Shown here piece by piece: positions 51,152-64,000 of a DNA stretch of 64,000 bases. Positions within the stretch are counted from its first letter, which is position 1, and every line of letters begins with the position of its first letter. The position numbers and the translations under genes are program-made. This stretch comes from Eledone cirrhosa (Eukaryota). Below the pieces are notes generated by a model. It had not been told where the DNA came from and searched no databases. It worked only from the letters and a program-made list of their open reading frames with translations. The DNA is taken from assembly GCA_964016885.1 (NCBI GenBank), contig OZ024741.1, forward strand, positions 279,620,001 to 279,684,000. The letters run 5' to 3'.

Positions 51152-52069
51152 CATATATATATATATATCGTTTATTGTCCAAACAAACAGTAGGATGCTA
51201 GCTAACTGTATTTCATCTTACATTCACTGAACATACAAATAAATTAGTGCTTTTTGTTGTAATGTTTGGACTTCCATATTAAATCATGTTTAGATTCTCT
51301 ATCAACCACCATACACACATAAAAGTGAAGTGAATACGAAAATGTCAATACAATTTCTAGTAATGAGACAGTGTAGAAATAAAATATGTAAAGGGATATT
51401 TTCTTTCTCTCTTTTACTATACTTGTAACACAGATTCAAACACAAAGCTCTTAACTTGAAAAAAGGGAAAAAGTGTCTGACACGAATAAGGTGTCTTTGT
51501 TTTCGCGTTTTGCATGGCTGCAAGTATTCAACAAAGTCTGAGTGCTTTCAAGATTAAAACGATTTCTGAATCTCTTTTAGAGTTCCTGGTTACTGTAGCA
51601 CTACAAAAACAAAAACAAAAAATAGTAATTATATGAAACTGAACTAAAGAGAAAGAGTGAAGTCGATTGAATCTGGCCGTTTGGGAAGAATAGATGTTAT
51701 GAAAGGAAATGTGATGTAGGGAAGCAACAACAAATATGCTTGTCTGGTTAAAAAAGAAAAAAATTCTAAGTATATTTCTTTAGCCATTTATGTTTCAGAA
51801 GCACAACGTGTTATCAATAGAACGATACTGTGCATTGATTTCTATTAATCGAGTATAGCATAATTTATTGATTGTGAGATCGATAAAATCACACAATGAT
51901 GTGCAATGCTCTTTCGAGTTTCAAACCAGGTCGAAATATTATAATGAGCACACAATTGAGAAGATCAATTTAAGTCTTTTCTTTTATTATTATTGTTTTC
52001 AGAATTTTAATTTGATTTTATATTTTATATTTGAGCTTTCTGATTGATCAAACAGAAATGATTAAATAA

Positions 52070-55000
52070 AGTTTGGATCTAAAACAGAAATCAGAGGGAA
52101 TTATGATCTAAAACAGAAATAAGAGAGAGTTAGGATCTAAAACAGAAATAAAAGAGAGTTATGAGCTAAAACAGAAATAAGATAGAGTTGGTATCTAGAA
52201 CGGAAATCAGAGAGAGTTAGGATGTAAAACAGAAATCAGAGAGAGTTAGGATGTAAAATAGAAATCAGAGAGAGTTAGGATGTAAAATAGAAATAAGAGA
52301 GAGTTAGGATGTAAAACAGAAATCAGAGATAGTTAGGATGTAAAATAGAAATAAGAGAGAGTTAGGATGTAAAACAGAAATAAGAGAGAGAAAGTTAGGA
52401 TCTAGAACAGAAATCAGAGAGAGTTAGGATGTAAAACAGAAATCAGAGAGAGTTAGGATGTAAAACAGAAATAAGAGAGAGTTAGGATCTAGAACAGAAA
52501 TCAGAGACAGTTAGGATGTAAAATAGAAATCAGAGAGAGTTAGGATGTAAAACAGAAATCAGAGAGAGTTAGGATGTAAAACAGAAATCAGAGAGAGTTA
52601 GGATGTAAACAGAAATAAGAGAGACTTAGGATGTAAAATAGAAATAAGAGAGAGAAAGTTAGGATCTAGAACAGAAATCAGAGAGAGTTAGGATGTAAAA
52701 CAGAAATCAGAGAGAGTTAGGATGTAAAACAGAAATCAGAAAGAGTTAGGATGTACAGAAATAAGAGAGAGAAAGTTAGGATCTAGAACAGAAATCAGAG
52801 AGAGTTAGGATGTAAAACAGAAATCAGAGAGAGTGAGGATGTAAAATAGAAATCAGAGAGAGTTAGGATGTAGAACAGAAATCAGAGAGAGTTAGGATGT
52901 AAAATAGAAATAAGAGAGAGAAAGTTAGGATCTAGAATAGAAATCAGAGAGAGTTAGGATGTAAAACAGAAATCAGAGAGAGTTAGGATGTAAAATAGAA
53001 ATCAGAGAGAGTTAGGATGTAGAACAGAAATCAGAGAGAGTTAGGATGTAAAACAGAAATAAGAGAGAGTTAGGATGTAAAATAGAAATAAGAGAGAGTT
53101 AGGATGTAAAACAGAAATCAGAGATAGTTAGGATGTAAAATAGAAATAAGAGAGAGTTAGGATGTAAAACAGAAATAAGAGAGAGAAAGTTAGGATCTAG
53201 AACAGAAATCAGAGAGAGTTAGGATGTAAAACAGAAATCAGAGAGAGTTAGGATGTAAAACAGAAATAAGAGAGAGTTAGGATCTAGAACAGAAATCAGA
53301 GACAGTTAGGATGTAAAATAGAAATCAGAGAGAGTTAGGATGTAAAACAGAAATCAGAGAGAGTTAGGATGTAAAACAGAAATCAGAGAGAGTTAGGATG
53401 TAAACAGAAATAAGAGAGAGTTAGGATGTAAAATAGAAATAAGAGAGAGAAAGTTAGGATCTAGAACAGAAATCAGAAAGAGTTAGGATGTAAAACAGAA
53501 ATCAGAGAGAGTTAGGATGTAAAACAGAAATCAGAGAGAGTTAGGATGTAAAACAGAAATAAGAGAGAGAAAGTTAGGATCTAGAACAGAAATCAGAGAG
53601 AGTTAGGATGTAAAACAGAAATCAGAGAGAGTGAGGATGTAAAATAGAAATCTGAGAGAGTTAGGATGTAGAACAGAAATCAGAGAGAGTTAGGATGTAA
53701 AACAGAAATAAGAGAGAGTTAGGATGTAAAACAGAAATCAGAGAGAGAGAGTTAGGATGTAAAACAGAAATCAGAGAGAGTTAGGATGTAAAACAGAAAT
53801 AAGAGAGAGTTAGGATGTAAAACAGAAATCAGAGAGAGTTAGGATGTAAAATAGAAATCAGAGAGAGTTAGGATGTAAAATAGAAATCAGAGAGAGTTAG
53901 GATGTAAAATAGAAATCAGAGAGAGTTAGGATGTAGAACAGAAATCAGAGAGAGTTAGGATGTAAAATAGAAATCAGAGAGAGTTAGGATGTAAAATAGA
54001 AATCAGAGAGAGTTAGGATGTAAAATTGAAATCAGAGAGAGTTAGGATGTAGAACAGAAATCGGAGAGAGTTAGGATGTAAAATAGAAATCAGAGAGAGT
54101 TAGGATGTAAAATAGAAATCAGAGAGAGTTAGGATGTAGAACAGAAATCAGAGAGAGTTAGGATGTAAAATAGAAATCAGAGAGAGTTAGGATGTAAAAT
54201 AGAAATCAGAGAGAGTTAGGATGTAAAATAGAAATCAGAGAGAGTTAGGATGTAAAAGAGAAATAAGAGAGAGTTAGGATGTAAAATAGAAATCAGAGAG
54301 AGTTAGGACGTAAAATAGAAATAAGAGAGAGTTAGGATGTAAAATAGAAATCAGAGAGAGTTAGGATGTAGAACAGAAATCAGAGAGAGTTAGGATGTAA
54401 AATAGAAATCAGAGAGAGTTAGGATGTAAAATAGAAATCAGAGAGAGTTAGGATGTAAAACAGAAATAAGAGAGAGAAAGTTAGGATCTAGAACAGAAAT
54501 CAGAGAGAGTTAGGATGTAAAACAGAAATCAGAGAGAGTTAGGATGTAAAACAGAAATCAGAGAGAGTTAGGATCTAGAATAGAAATCAGAGAGAGTTAG
54601 GGTGTAAAACAGAAATCAGAGAGAGTTAGGATGTAAAACAGAAATAAGAGAGAGAAAGTTAGGATCTAGAACAGAAATCAGAGAGAGTTAGGATGTAAAA
54701 CAGAAATCAGAGAGAGTTAGGATGTAAAACAGAAATCAGAGAGAGTTAGGATGTAAAACAGAAATCAGAGAGAGTTAGGATGTAAAACAGAAATAAGAGA
54801 GAGTTAGGATGTAAAATAGAAATAAGAGAGAGAAAGTTAGGATCTAGAACAGAAATCAGAGAGAGTTAGGATGTAAAACAGAAATCAGAGAGAGTTAGGA
54901 TGTAAAACAGAAATCAGAGAGAGTTAGGATGTAAAACAGAAATAAGAGAGAGAAAGTTAGGATCTAGAATAGAAATCAGAGAGAGTTAGGATGTAAAACA

Positions 55001-58000
55001 GAAATCAGAGAGAGTTAGGATGTAAAATAGAAATCAGAGAGAGTTAGGATGTAGAACAGAAATCAGAGAGAGTTAGGATGTAAAACAGAATAAGAGAGAG
55101 TTAGGATGTAAAACAGAAATCAGAGAGAGAGAGTTAGGATGTAAAACAGAAATCAGAGAGAGTTAGGATGTAAAACAGAAATAAGAGAGAGTTAGGATGT
55201 AAAACAGAAATCAGAGAGAGTTAGGATGTAAAATTGAAATCAGAGAGAGTTAGGATGTAGAACAGAAATCAGAGAGAGTTAGGATGTAAAATAGAAATCA
55301 GAGAGAGTTAGGATGTAAAATAGAAATCAGAGAGAGTTAGGATGTAGAACAGAAATCAGAGAGAGTTAGGATGTAAAATAGAAATCAGAGAGAGTTAGGA
55401 TGTAAAATAGAAATCAGAGAGAGTTAGGATGTAAAATAGAAATCAGAGAGAGTTAGGATGTAGAACAGAAATCAGAGAGAGTTAGGATGTAAAATAGAAA
55501 TAAGAGAGAGAAAGTTAGGATCTAGAATAGAAATCAGAGAGAGTTAGGATGTAAAACAGAAATCAGAGAGAGTTAGGATGTAAAATAGAAATCAGAGAGA
55601 GTTAGGATGTAGAACAGAAATCAGAGAGAGTTAGGATGTAAAACAGAAATAAGAGAGAGTTAGGATGTAAAATAGAAATAAGAGAGAGTTAGGATGTAAA
55701 ACAGAAATCAGAGATAGTTAGGATGTAAAATAGAAATAAGAGAGAGTTAGGATGTAAAACAGAAATAAGAGAGAGAAAGTTAGGATCTAGAACAGAAATC
55801 AGAGAGAGTTAGGATGTAAAACAGAAATCAGAGAGAGTTAGGATGTAAAACAGAAATAAGAGAGAGTTAGGATCTAGAACAGAAATCAGAGACAGTTAGG
55901 ATGTAAAATAGAAATCAGAGAGAGTTAGGATGTAAAACAGAAATCAGAGAGAGTTAGGATGTAAAACAGAAATCAGAGAGAGTTAGGATGTAAACAGAAA
56001 TAAGAGAGAGTTAGGATGTAAAATAGAAATAAGAGAGAGAAAGTTAGGATCTAGAACAGAAATCAGAAAGAGTTAGGATGTAAAACAGAAATCAGAGAGA
56101 GTTAGGATGTAAAACAGAAATCAGAGAGAGTTAGGATGTAAAACAGAAATAAGAGAGAGAAAGTTAGGATCTAGAACAGAAATCAGAGAGAGTTAGGATG
56201 TAAAACAGAAATCAGAGAGAGTGAGGATGTAAAATAGAAATCTGAGAGAGTTAGGATGTAGAACAGAAATCAGAGAGAGTTAGGATGTAAAACAGAAATA
56301 AGAGAGAGTTAGGATGTAAAACAGAAATCAGAGAGAGAGAGTTAGGATGTAAAACAGAAATCAGAGAGAGTTAGGATGTAAAACAGAAATAAGAGAGAGT
56401 TAGGATGTAAAACAGAAATCAGAGAGAGTTAGGATGTAAAATAGAAATCAGAGAGAGTTAGGATGTAAAATAGAAATCAGAGAGAGTTAGGATGTAAAAT
56501 AGAAATCAGAGAGAGTTAGGATGTAGAACAGAAATCAGAGAGAGTTAGGATGTAAAATAGAAATCAGAGAGAGTTAGGATGTAAAATAGAAATCAGAGAG
56601 AGTTAGGATGTAAAATTGAAATCAGAGAGAGTTAGGATGTAGAACAGAAATCGGAGAGAGTTAGGATGTAAAATAGAAATCAGAGAGAGTTAGGATGTAA
56701 AATAGAAATCAGAGAGAGTTAGGATGTAGAACAGAAATCAGAGAGAGTTAGGATGTAAAATAGAAATCAGAGAGAGTTAGGATGTAAAATAGAAATCAGA
56801 GAGAGTTAGGATGTAAAATAGAAATCAGAGAGAGTTAGGATGTAAAAGAGAAATAAGAGAGAGTTAGGATGTAAAATAGAAATCAGAGAGAGTTAGGACG
56901 TAAAATAGAAATAAGAGAGAGTTAGGATGTAAAATAGAAATCAGAGAGAGTTAGGATGTAGAACAGAAATCAGAGAGAGTTAGGATGTAAAATAGAAATC
57001 AGAGAGAGTTAGGATGTAAAATAGAAATCAGAGAGAGTTAGGATGTAAAACAGAAATAAGAGAGAGAAAGTTAGGATCTAGAACAGAAATCAGAGAGAGT
57101 TAGGATGTAAAACAGAAATCAGAGAGAGTTAGGATGTAAAACAGAAATCAGAGAGAGTTAGGATCTAGAATAGAAATCAGAGAGAGTTAGGGTGTAAAAC
57201 AGAAATCAGAGAGAGTTAGGATGTAAAACAGAAATAAGAGAGAGAAAGTTAGGATCTAGAACAGAAATCAGAGAGAGTTAGGATGTAAAACAGAAATCAG
57301 AGAGAGTTAGGATGTAAAACAGAAATAAGAGAGAGTTAGGATCTAGAACAGAAATCAGAGACAGTTAGGATGTAAAATAGAAATCAGAGAGAGTTAGGAT
57401 GTAAAACAGAAATCAGAGAGAGTTAGGATGTAAAACAGAAATCAGAGAGAGTTAGGATGTAAAACAGAAATAAGAGAGAGTTAGGATGTAAAATAGAAAT
57501 AAGAGAGAGAAAGTTAGGATCTAGAACAGAAATCAGAGAGAGTTAGGATGTAAAACAGAAATCAGAGAGAGTTAGGATGTAAAACAGAAATCAGAGAGAG
57601 TTAGGATGTAAAACAGAAATAAGAGAGAGAAAGTTAGGATCTAGAATAGAAATCAGAGAGAGTTAGGATGTAAAACAGAAATCAGAGAGAGTTAGGATGT
57701 AAAATAGAAATCAGAGAGAGTTAGGATGTAGAACAGAAATCAGAGAGAGTTAGGATGTAAAACAGAATAAGAGAGAGTTAGGATGTAAAACAGAAATCAG
57801 AGAGAGAGAGTTAGGATGTAAAACAGAAATCAGAGAGAGTTAGGATGTAAAACAGAAATAAGAGAGAGTTAGGATGTAAAACAGAAATCAGAGAGAGTTA
57901 GGATGTAAAATTGAAATCAGAGAGAGTTAGGATGTAGAACAGAAATCAGAGAGAGTTAGGATGTAAAATAGAAATCAGAGAGAGTTAGGATGTAAAATAG

Positions 58001-61000
58001 AAATCAGAGAGAGTTAGGATGTAGAACAGAAATCAGAGAGAGTTAGGATGTAAAATAGAAATCAGAGAGAGTTAGGATGTAAAATAGAAATCAGAGAGAG
58101 TTAGGATGTAAAATAGAAATCAGAGAGAGTTAGGATGTAAAAGAGAAATAAGAGAGAGTTAGGATGTAAAATAGAAATCAGAGAGAGTTAGGACGTAAAA
58201 TAGAAATAAGAGAGAGTTAGGATGTAAAATAGAAATCAGAGAGAGTTAGGATGTAGAACAGAAATCAGAGAGAGTTAGGATGTAAAATAGAAATCAGAGA
58301 GAGTTAGGATGTAAAATAGAAATCAGAGAGAGTTAGGATGTAAAACAGAAATAAGAGAGAGAAAGTTAGGATCTAGAACAGAAATCAGAGAGAGTTAGGA
58401 TGTAAAACAGAAATCAGAGAGAGTTAGGATGTAAAACAGAAATCAGAGAGAGTTAGGATGTAAAACAGAAATAAGAGAGAGTTAGGATGTAAAACAGAAA
58501 TCAGAGAGAGTTAGGATCTAGAATAGAAATCAGAGAGAGTTAGGGTGTAAAACAGAAATCAGAGAGAGTTAGGATGTAAAACAGAAATCAGAGAGAGTTA
58601 GGATGTAAAACAGAAATAAGAGAGAGTTAGGATCTAGAACAGAAATCAGAGACAGTTAGGATGTAAAATAGAAATCAGAGAGAGTTAGGATGTAAAACAG
58701 AAATCAGAGAGAGTTAGGATGTAAAACAGAAATCAGAGAGAGTTAGGATGTAAAACAGAAATAAGAGAGAGTTAGGATGTAAAATAGAAATAAGAGAGAG
58801 AAAGTTAGGATCTAGAACAGAAATCAGAGAGAGTTAGGATGTAAAACAGAAATCAGAGAGAGTTAGGATGTAAAACAGAAATCAGAGAGAGTTAGGATGT
58901 AAAACAGAAATAAGAGAGAGAAAGTTAGGATCTAGAATAGAAATCAGAGAGAGTTAGGATGTAAAACAGAAATCAGAGAGAGTTAGGATGTAAAATAGAA
59001 ATCAGAGAGAGTTAGGATGTAGAACAGAAATCAGAGAGAGTTAGGATGTAGAACAGAATAAGAGAGAGTTAGGATGTAAAACAGAAATCAGAGAGAGAGA
59101 GTTAGGATGTAAAACAGAAATCAGAGAGAGTTAGGATGTAAAACAGAAATAAGAGAGAGTTAGGATGTAAAACAGAAATCAGAGAGAGTTAGGATGTAAA
59201 ATAGAAATCAGAGAGAGTTAGGATGTAAAATAGAAATCAGAGAGAGTTAGGATGTAAAATAGAAATCAGAGAGAGTTAGGATGTAGAACAGAAATCAGAG
59301 AGAGTTAGGATGTAAAATAGAAATAAGAGAGAGTTAGGATGTAAAACAGAAATCAGAGATAGTTAGGATGTAAAATAGAAATAAGAGAGAGTTAGGATGT
59401 AAAACAGAAATAAGAGAGAGAAAGTTAGGATCTAGAACAGAGAGAGTTAGGATGTAAAACAGAAATCAGAGAGAGTTAGGATGTAAAACAGAAATCAGAG
59501 AGAGTTAGGATGTAAAACAGAAATAAGAGAGAGTTAGGATCTAGAACAGAAATCAGAGACAGTTAGGATGTAAAATAGAAATCAGAGAGAGTTAGGATGT
59601 AAAACAGAAATCAGAGAGAGTTAGGATGTAAAACAGAAATCAGAGAGAGTTAGGATGTAAACAGAAATAGGAGAGAGTTAGGATGTAAAATAGAAATAAG
59701 AGAGAGAAAGTTAGGATCTAGAACAGAAATCAGAGAGAGTTAGGATGTAAAACAGAAATCAGAGAGAGTTAGGATGTAAAACAGAAATCAGAGAGAGTTA
59801 GGATGTAAAACAGAAATAAGAGAGAGAAAGTTAGGATCTAGAACAGAAATCAGAGAGAGTTAGGATGTAAAACAGAAATCAGAGAGAGTGAGGATGTAAA
59901 ATAGAAATCAGAGAGAGTTAGGATGTAGAACAGAAATCAGAGAGAGTTAGGATGTAAAACAGAAATAAGAGAGAGTTAGGATGTAAAACAGAAATCAGAG
60001 AGAGAGAGTTAGGATGTAAAACAGAAATCAGAGAGAGTTAGGATGTAAAACAGAAATAAGAGAGAGTTAGGATGTAAAACAGAAATCAGAGAGAGTTAGG
60101 ATGTAAAATAGAAATCAGAGAGAGTTAGGATGTAAAATAGAAATCAGAGAGAGTTAGGATGTAAAATAGAAATCAGAGAGAGTTAGGATGTAGAACAGAA
60201 ATCAGAGAGAGTTAGGATGTAAAATAGAAATCAGAGAGAGTTAGGATGTAAAATAGAAATCAGAGAGAGTTAGGATGTAAAATTGAAATCAGAGAGAGTT
60301 AGGATGTAGAACAGAAATCGGAGAGAGTTAGGATGTAAAATAGAAATCAGAGAGAGTTAGGATGTAAAATAGAAATCAGAGAGAGTTAGGATGTAGAACA
60401 GAAATCAGAGAGAGTTAGGATGTAAAATAGAAATCAGAGAGAGTTAGGATGTAAAATAGAAATCAGAGAGAGTTAGGATGTAAAATAGAAATCAGAGAGA
60501 GTTAGGATGTAAAAGAGAAATAAGAGAGAGTTAGGATGTAAAATAGAAATCAGAGAGAGTTAGGACGTAAAATAGAAATAAGAGAGAGTTAGGATGTAAA
60601 ATAGAAATCAGAGAGAGTTAGGATGTAAAATAGAAATCAGAGAGAGTTAGGATGTAAAACAGAAATAAGAGAGAGAAAGTTAGGATCTAGAACAGAAATC
60701 AGAGAGAGTTAGGATGTAAAACAGAAATCAGAGAGAGTTAGGATGTAAAACAGAAATCAGAGAGAGTTAGGATCTAGAATAGAAATCAGAGAGAGTTAGG
60801 GTGTAAAACAGAAATCAGAGAGAGTTAGGATGTAAAACAGAAATAAGAGAGAGAAAGTTAGGATCTAGAACAGAAATCAGAGAGAGTTAGGATGTAAAAC
60901 AGAAATCAGAGAGAGTTAGGATGTAAAACAGAAATAAGAGAGAGTTAGGATCTAGAACAGAAATCAGAGACAGTTAGGATGTAAAATAGAAATCAGAGAG

Positions 61001-64000
61001 AGTTAGGATGTAAAACAGAAATCAGAGAGAGTTAGGATGTAAAACAGAAATCAGAGAGAGTTAGGATGTAAAACAGAAATAAGAGAGAGTTAGGATGTAA
61101 AATAGAAATAAGAGAGAGAAAGTTAGGATCTAGAACAGAAATCAGAGAGAGTTAGGATGTAAAACAGAAATCAGAGAGAGTTAGGATGTAAAACAGAAAT
61201 CAGAGAGAGTTAGGATGTAAAACAGAAATAAGAGAGAGAAAGTTAGGATCTAGAATAGAAATCAGAGAGAGTTAGGATGTAAAACAGAAATCAGAGAGAG
61301 TTAGGATGTAAAATAGAAATCAGAGAGAGTTAGGATGTAGAACAGAAATCAGAGAGAGTTAGGATGTAAAACAGAATAAGAGAGAGTTAGGATGTAAAAC
61401 AGAAATCAGAGAGAGAGAGTTAGGATGTAAAACAGAAATCAGAGAGAGTTAGGATGTAAAACAGAAATAAGAGAGAGTTAGGATGTAAAACAGAAATCAG
61501 AGAGAGTTAGGATGTAAAATTGAAATCAGAGAGAGTTAGGATGTAGAACAGAAATCAGAGAGAGTTAGGATGTAAAATAGAAATCAGAGAGAGTTAGGAT
61601 GTAAAATAGAAATCAGAGAGAGTTAGGATGTAGAACAGAAATCAGAGAGAGTTAGGATGTAAAATAGAAATCAGAGAGAGTTAGGATGTAAAATAGAAAT
61701 CAGAGAGAGTTAGGATGTAAAATAGAAATCAGAGAGAGTTAGGATGTAAAAGAGAAATAAGAGAGAGTTAGGATGTAAAATAGAAATCAGAGAGAGTTAG
61801 GACGTAAAATAGAAATAAGAGAGAGTTAGGATGTAAAATAGAAATCAGAGAGAGTTAGGATGTAGAACAGAAATCAGAGAGAGTTAGGATGTAAAATAGA
61901 AATCAGAGAGAGTTAGGATGTAAAATAGAAATCAGAGAGAGTTAGGATGTAAAACAGAAATAAGAGAGAGAAAGTTAGGATCTAGAACAGAAATCAGAGA
62001 GAGTTAGGATGTAAAACAGAAATCAGAGAGAGTTAGGATGTAAAACAGAAATCAGAGAGAGTTAGGATGTAAAACAGAAATAAGAGAGAGTTAGGATGTA
62101 AAACAGAAATCAGAGAGAGTTAGGATCTAGAATAGAAATCAGAGAGAGTTAGGGTGTAAAACAGAAATCAGAGAGAGTTAGGATGTAAAACAGAAATAAG
62201 AGAGAGAAAGTTAGGATCTAGAACAGAAATCAGAGAGAGTTAGGATGTAAAACAGAAATCAGAGAGAGTTAGGATGTAAAACAGAAATCAGAGAGAGTTA
62301 GGATGTAAAACAGAAATAAGAGAGAGTTAGGATGTAAAATAGAAATCAGAGAGAGTTAGGATGTAGAACAGAAATCAGAGAGAGTTATGATGTAAAACAG
62401 AAATAAGAGAGAGAAAGTTAGGATCTAGAACAGAAATCAGAGAGAGTTAGGATGTAAAACAGAAATAAGAGAGAGTTAGGATGTAAAACAGAAATCAGAG
62501 AGAGTTAGGATGTAAAACAGAAATAAGAGAGAGTTAGGATGTAGAACAGAAATCAGAGAGAGTTAGGATGTAAAATAGAAATAAGAGAGAGAAAGTTAGG
62601 ATCTAGAATAGAAATCAGAGAGAGTTAGGATGTAAAACAGAAATCAGAGAGAGTTAGGATGTAAAATAGAAATCAGAGAGAGTTAGGATGTAGAACAGAA
62701 ATCAGAGAGAGTTAGGATGTAAAACAGAAATAAGAGAGAGTTAGGATGTAAAACAGAAATAAGAGAGAGAAAGTTGGGATCTAGAACAGAAATCAGAGAG
62801 AGTTAGGATGTAAAACAGAAATCAGAGAGAGTTAGGATCTAGAACAGAAATCAGAGAGAGTTAGGATGTAAAATAGAAATCAGAGAGAGTTAGGATGTAA
62901 AACAGAAATAAGAGAGAGTTAGGATGTAAAACAGAATTCAGAGAGAGTTAGGATGTAAAATAGAAATCAGAGAGAGTTAGGATGTAAAATAGAAATCAGA
63001 GAGAGTTAGGATGTAAAATAGAAATCAGAGAGAGTTAGGATGTAGAACAGAAATCAGAGAGAGTTAGGATGTAGAACAGAAATCAGAGAGAGTTAGGATG
63101 TAAAATAGAAATCAGAGAGAGTTAGGATGTAAAATAGAAATCAGAGAGAGTTAGGATGTAGAACAGAAATCAGAGAGAGTTAGGATGTAAAATAGAAATC
63201 AGAGAGAGTTAGGATGTAAAATAGAAATCAGAGAGAGTTAGGATGTAAAACAGAAATAAGAGAGAGAAAGTTAGGATCTAGAACAGAAATCAGAGAGAGT
63301 TAGGATGTAAAACAGAAATCAGAGAGAGTTAGGATGTAAAACAGAAATCAGAGAGAGAGTTAGGATCTAGAATAGAAATCAGAGAGAGTTAGGGTGTAAA
63401 ACAGAAATCAGAGAGAGTTAGGATGTAAAACAGAAATCAGAGAGAGTTAGGATGTAAAACAGAAATAAGAGAGAGAAAGTTAGGATCTAGAACAGAAATC
63501 AGAGAGAGTTAGGATGTAAAACAGAAATCAGAGAGAGTTAGGATGTAAAACAGAAATCAGAGAGAGTTAGGATCTAGAATAGAAATCAGAGAGAGTTAGG
63601 GTGTAAAACAGAAATCAGAGAGAGTTAGGATGTAAAACAGAAATAAGAGAGAGAAAGTTAGGATCTAGAACAGAAATCAGAGAGAGTTAGGATGTAAAAC
63701 AGAAATCAGAGAGAGTTAGGATGTAAAACAGAAATCAGAGAGAGTTAGGATGTAAAACAGAAATAAGAGAGAGTTAGGATGTAAAATAGAAATCAGAGAG
63801 AGTTAGGATGTAGAACAGAAATCAGAGAGAGTTATGATGTAAAACAGAAACAAGAGAGAGAAAGTTAGGATCTAGAACAGAAATCAGAGAGAGTTAGGAT
63901 GTAAAACAGAAATCAGAGAGAGTTAGGATGTAAAACAGAAATCAGAGAGAGTTAGGATGTAAAACAGAAATAAGAGAGAGTTAGGATGTAGAACAGAAAT
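52070..64000. repeat. 29-bp satellite array (consensus AGTTAGGATGTAAAA(C/T)AGAAAT(C/A)AGAGAG) with higher-order repeats; continues beyond the window
   Basis: About 400 tandem monomers, with 31/33-bp length variants. Rare variants recur at a fixed 2590-bp spacing. Confidence 0.97.

Noticed and set aside
52070-64000. CRISPR-like regular repeats
   Set aside because: Head-to-tail monomers with no unique spacers, no cas genes and a eukaryotic context; this is satellite DNA.

Overview
AT-rich, repeat-saturated animal genomic DNA. The SINE/LINE families and microsatellite style suggest an octopus or other cephalopod, but that is inferred. Almost all ORFs in the supplied track are microsatellite artefacts. 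The only host coding sequence I can support is a 36-nt first coding exon on the minus strand (5820-5855, MNSLRRWLYKPK|GTAAGT). It matches the N-terminus of LST2/ZFYVE28 and comes with an overlapping uORF and an upstream ETS-CRE promoter. The rest is decayed non-LTR retrotransposons (CR1, RTE with a PHD finger inside the RT, R4/Dong, Hero, CRE, Ingi/Vingi-like), a Naiad-type Penelope-like element, tRNA-derived SINEs, MITEs and fold-back hairpins. A 29-bp TTAGG-containing satellite with higher-order structure fills 52.07-64 kb. The most notable hidden signal is a set of type I hammerhead ribozyme motifs in Penelope pseudo-LTR or retrozyme-like repeats. Cores are intact at 8907-8950 (-), 9166-9209 (+) and 22997-23057 (+). 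Variant or decayed copies lie at about 1002-1042, 16282-16371, 27655-27735 and 39628-39705.
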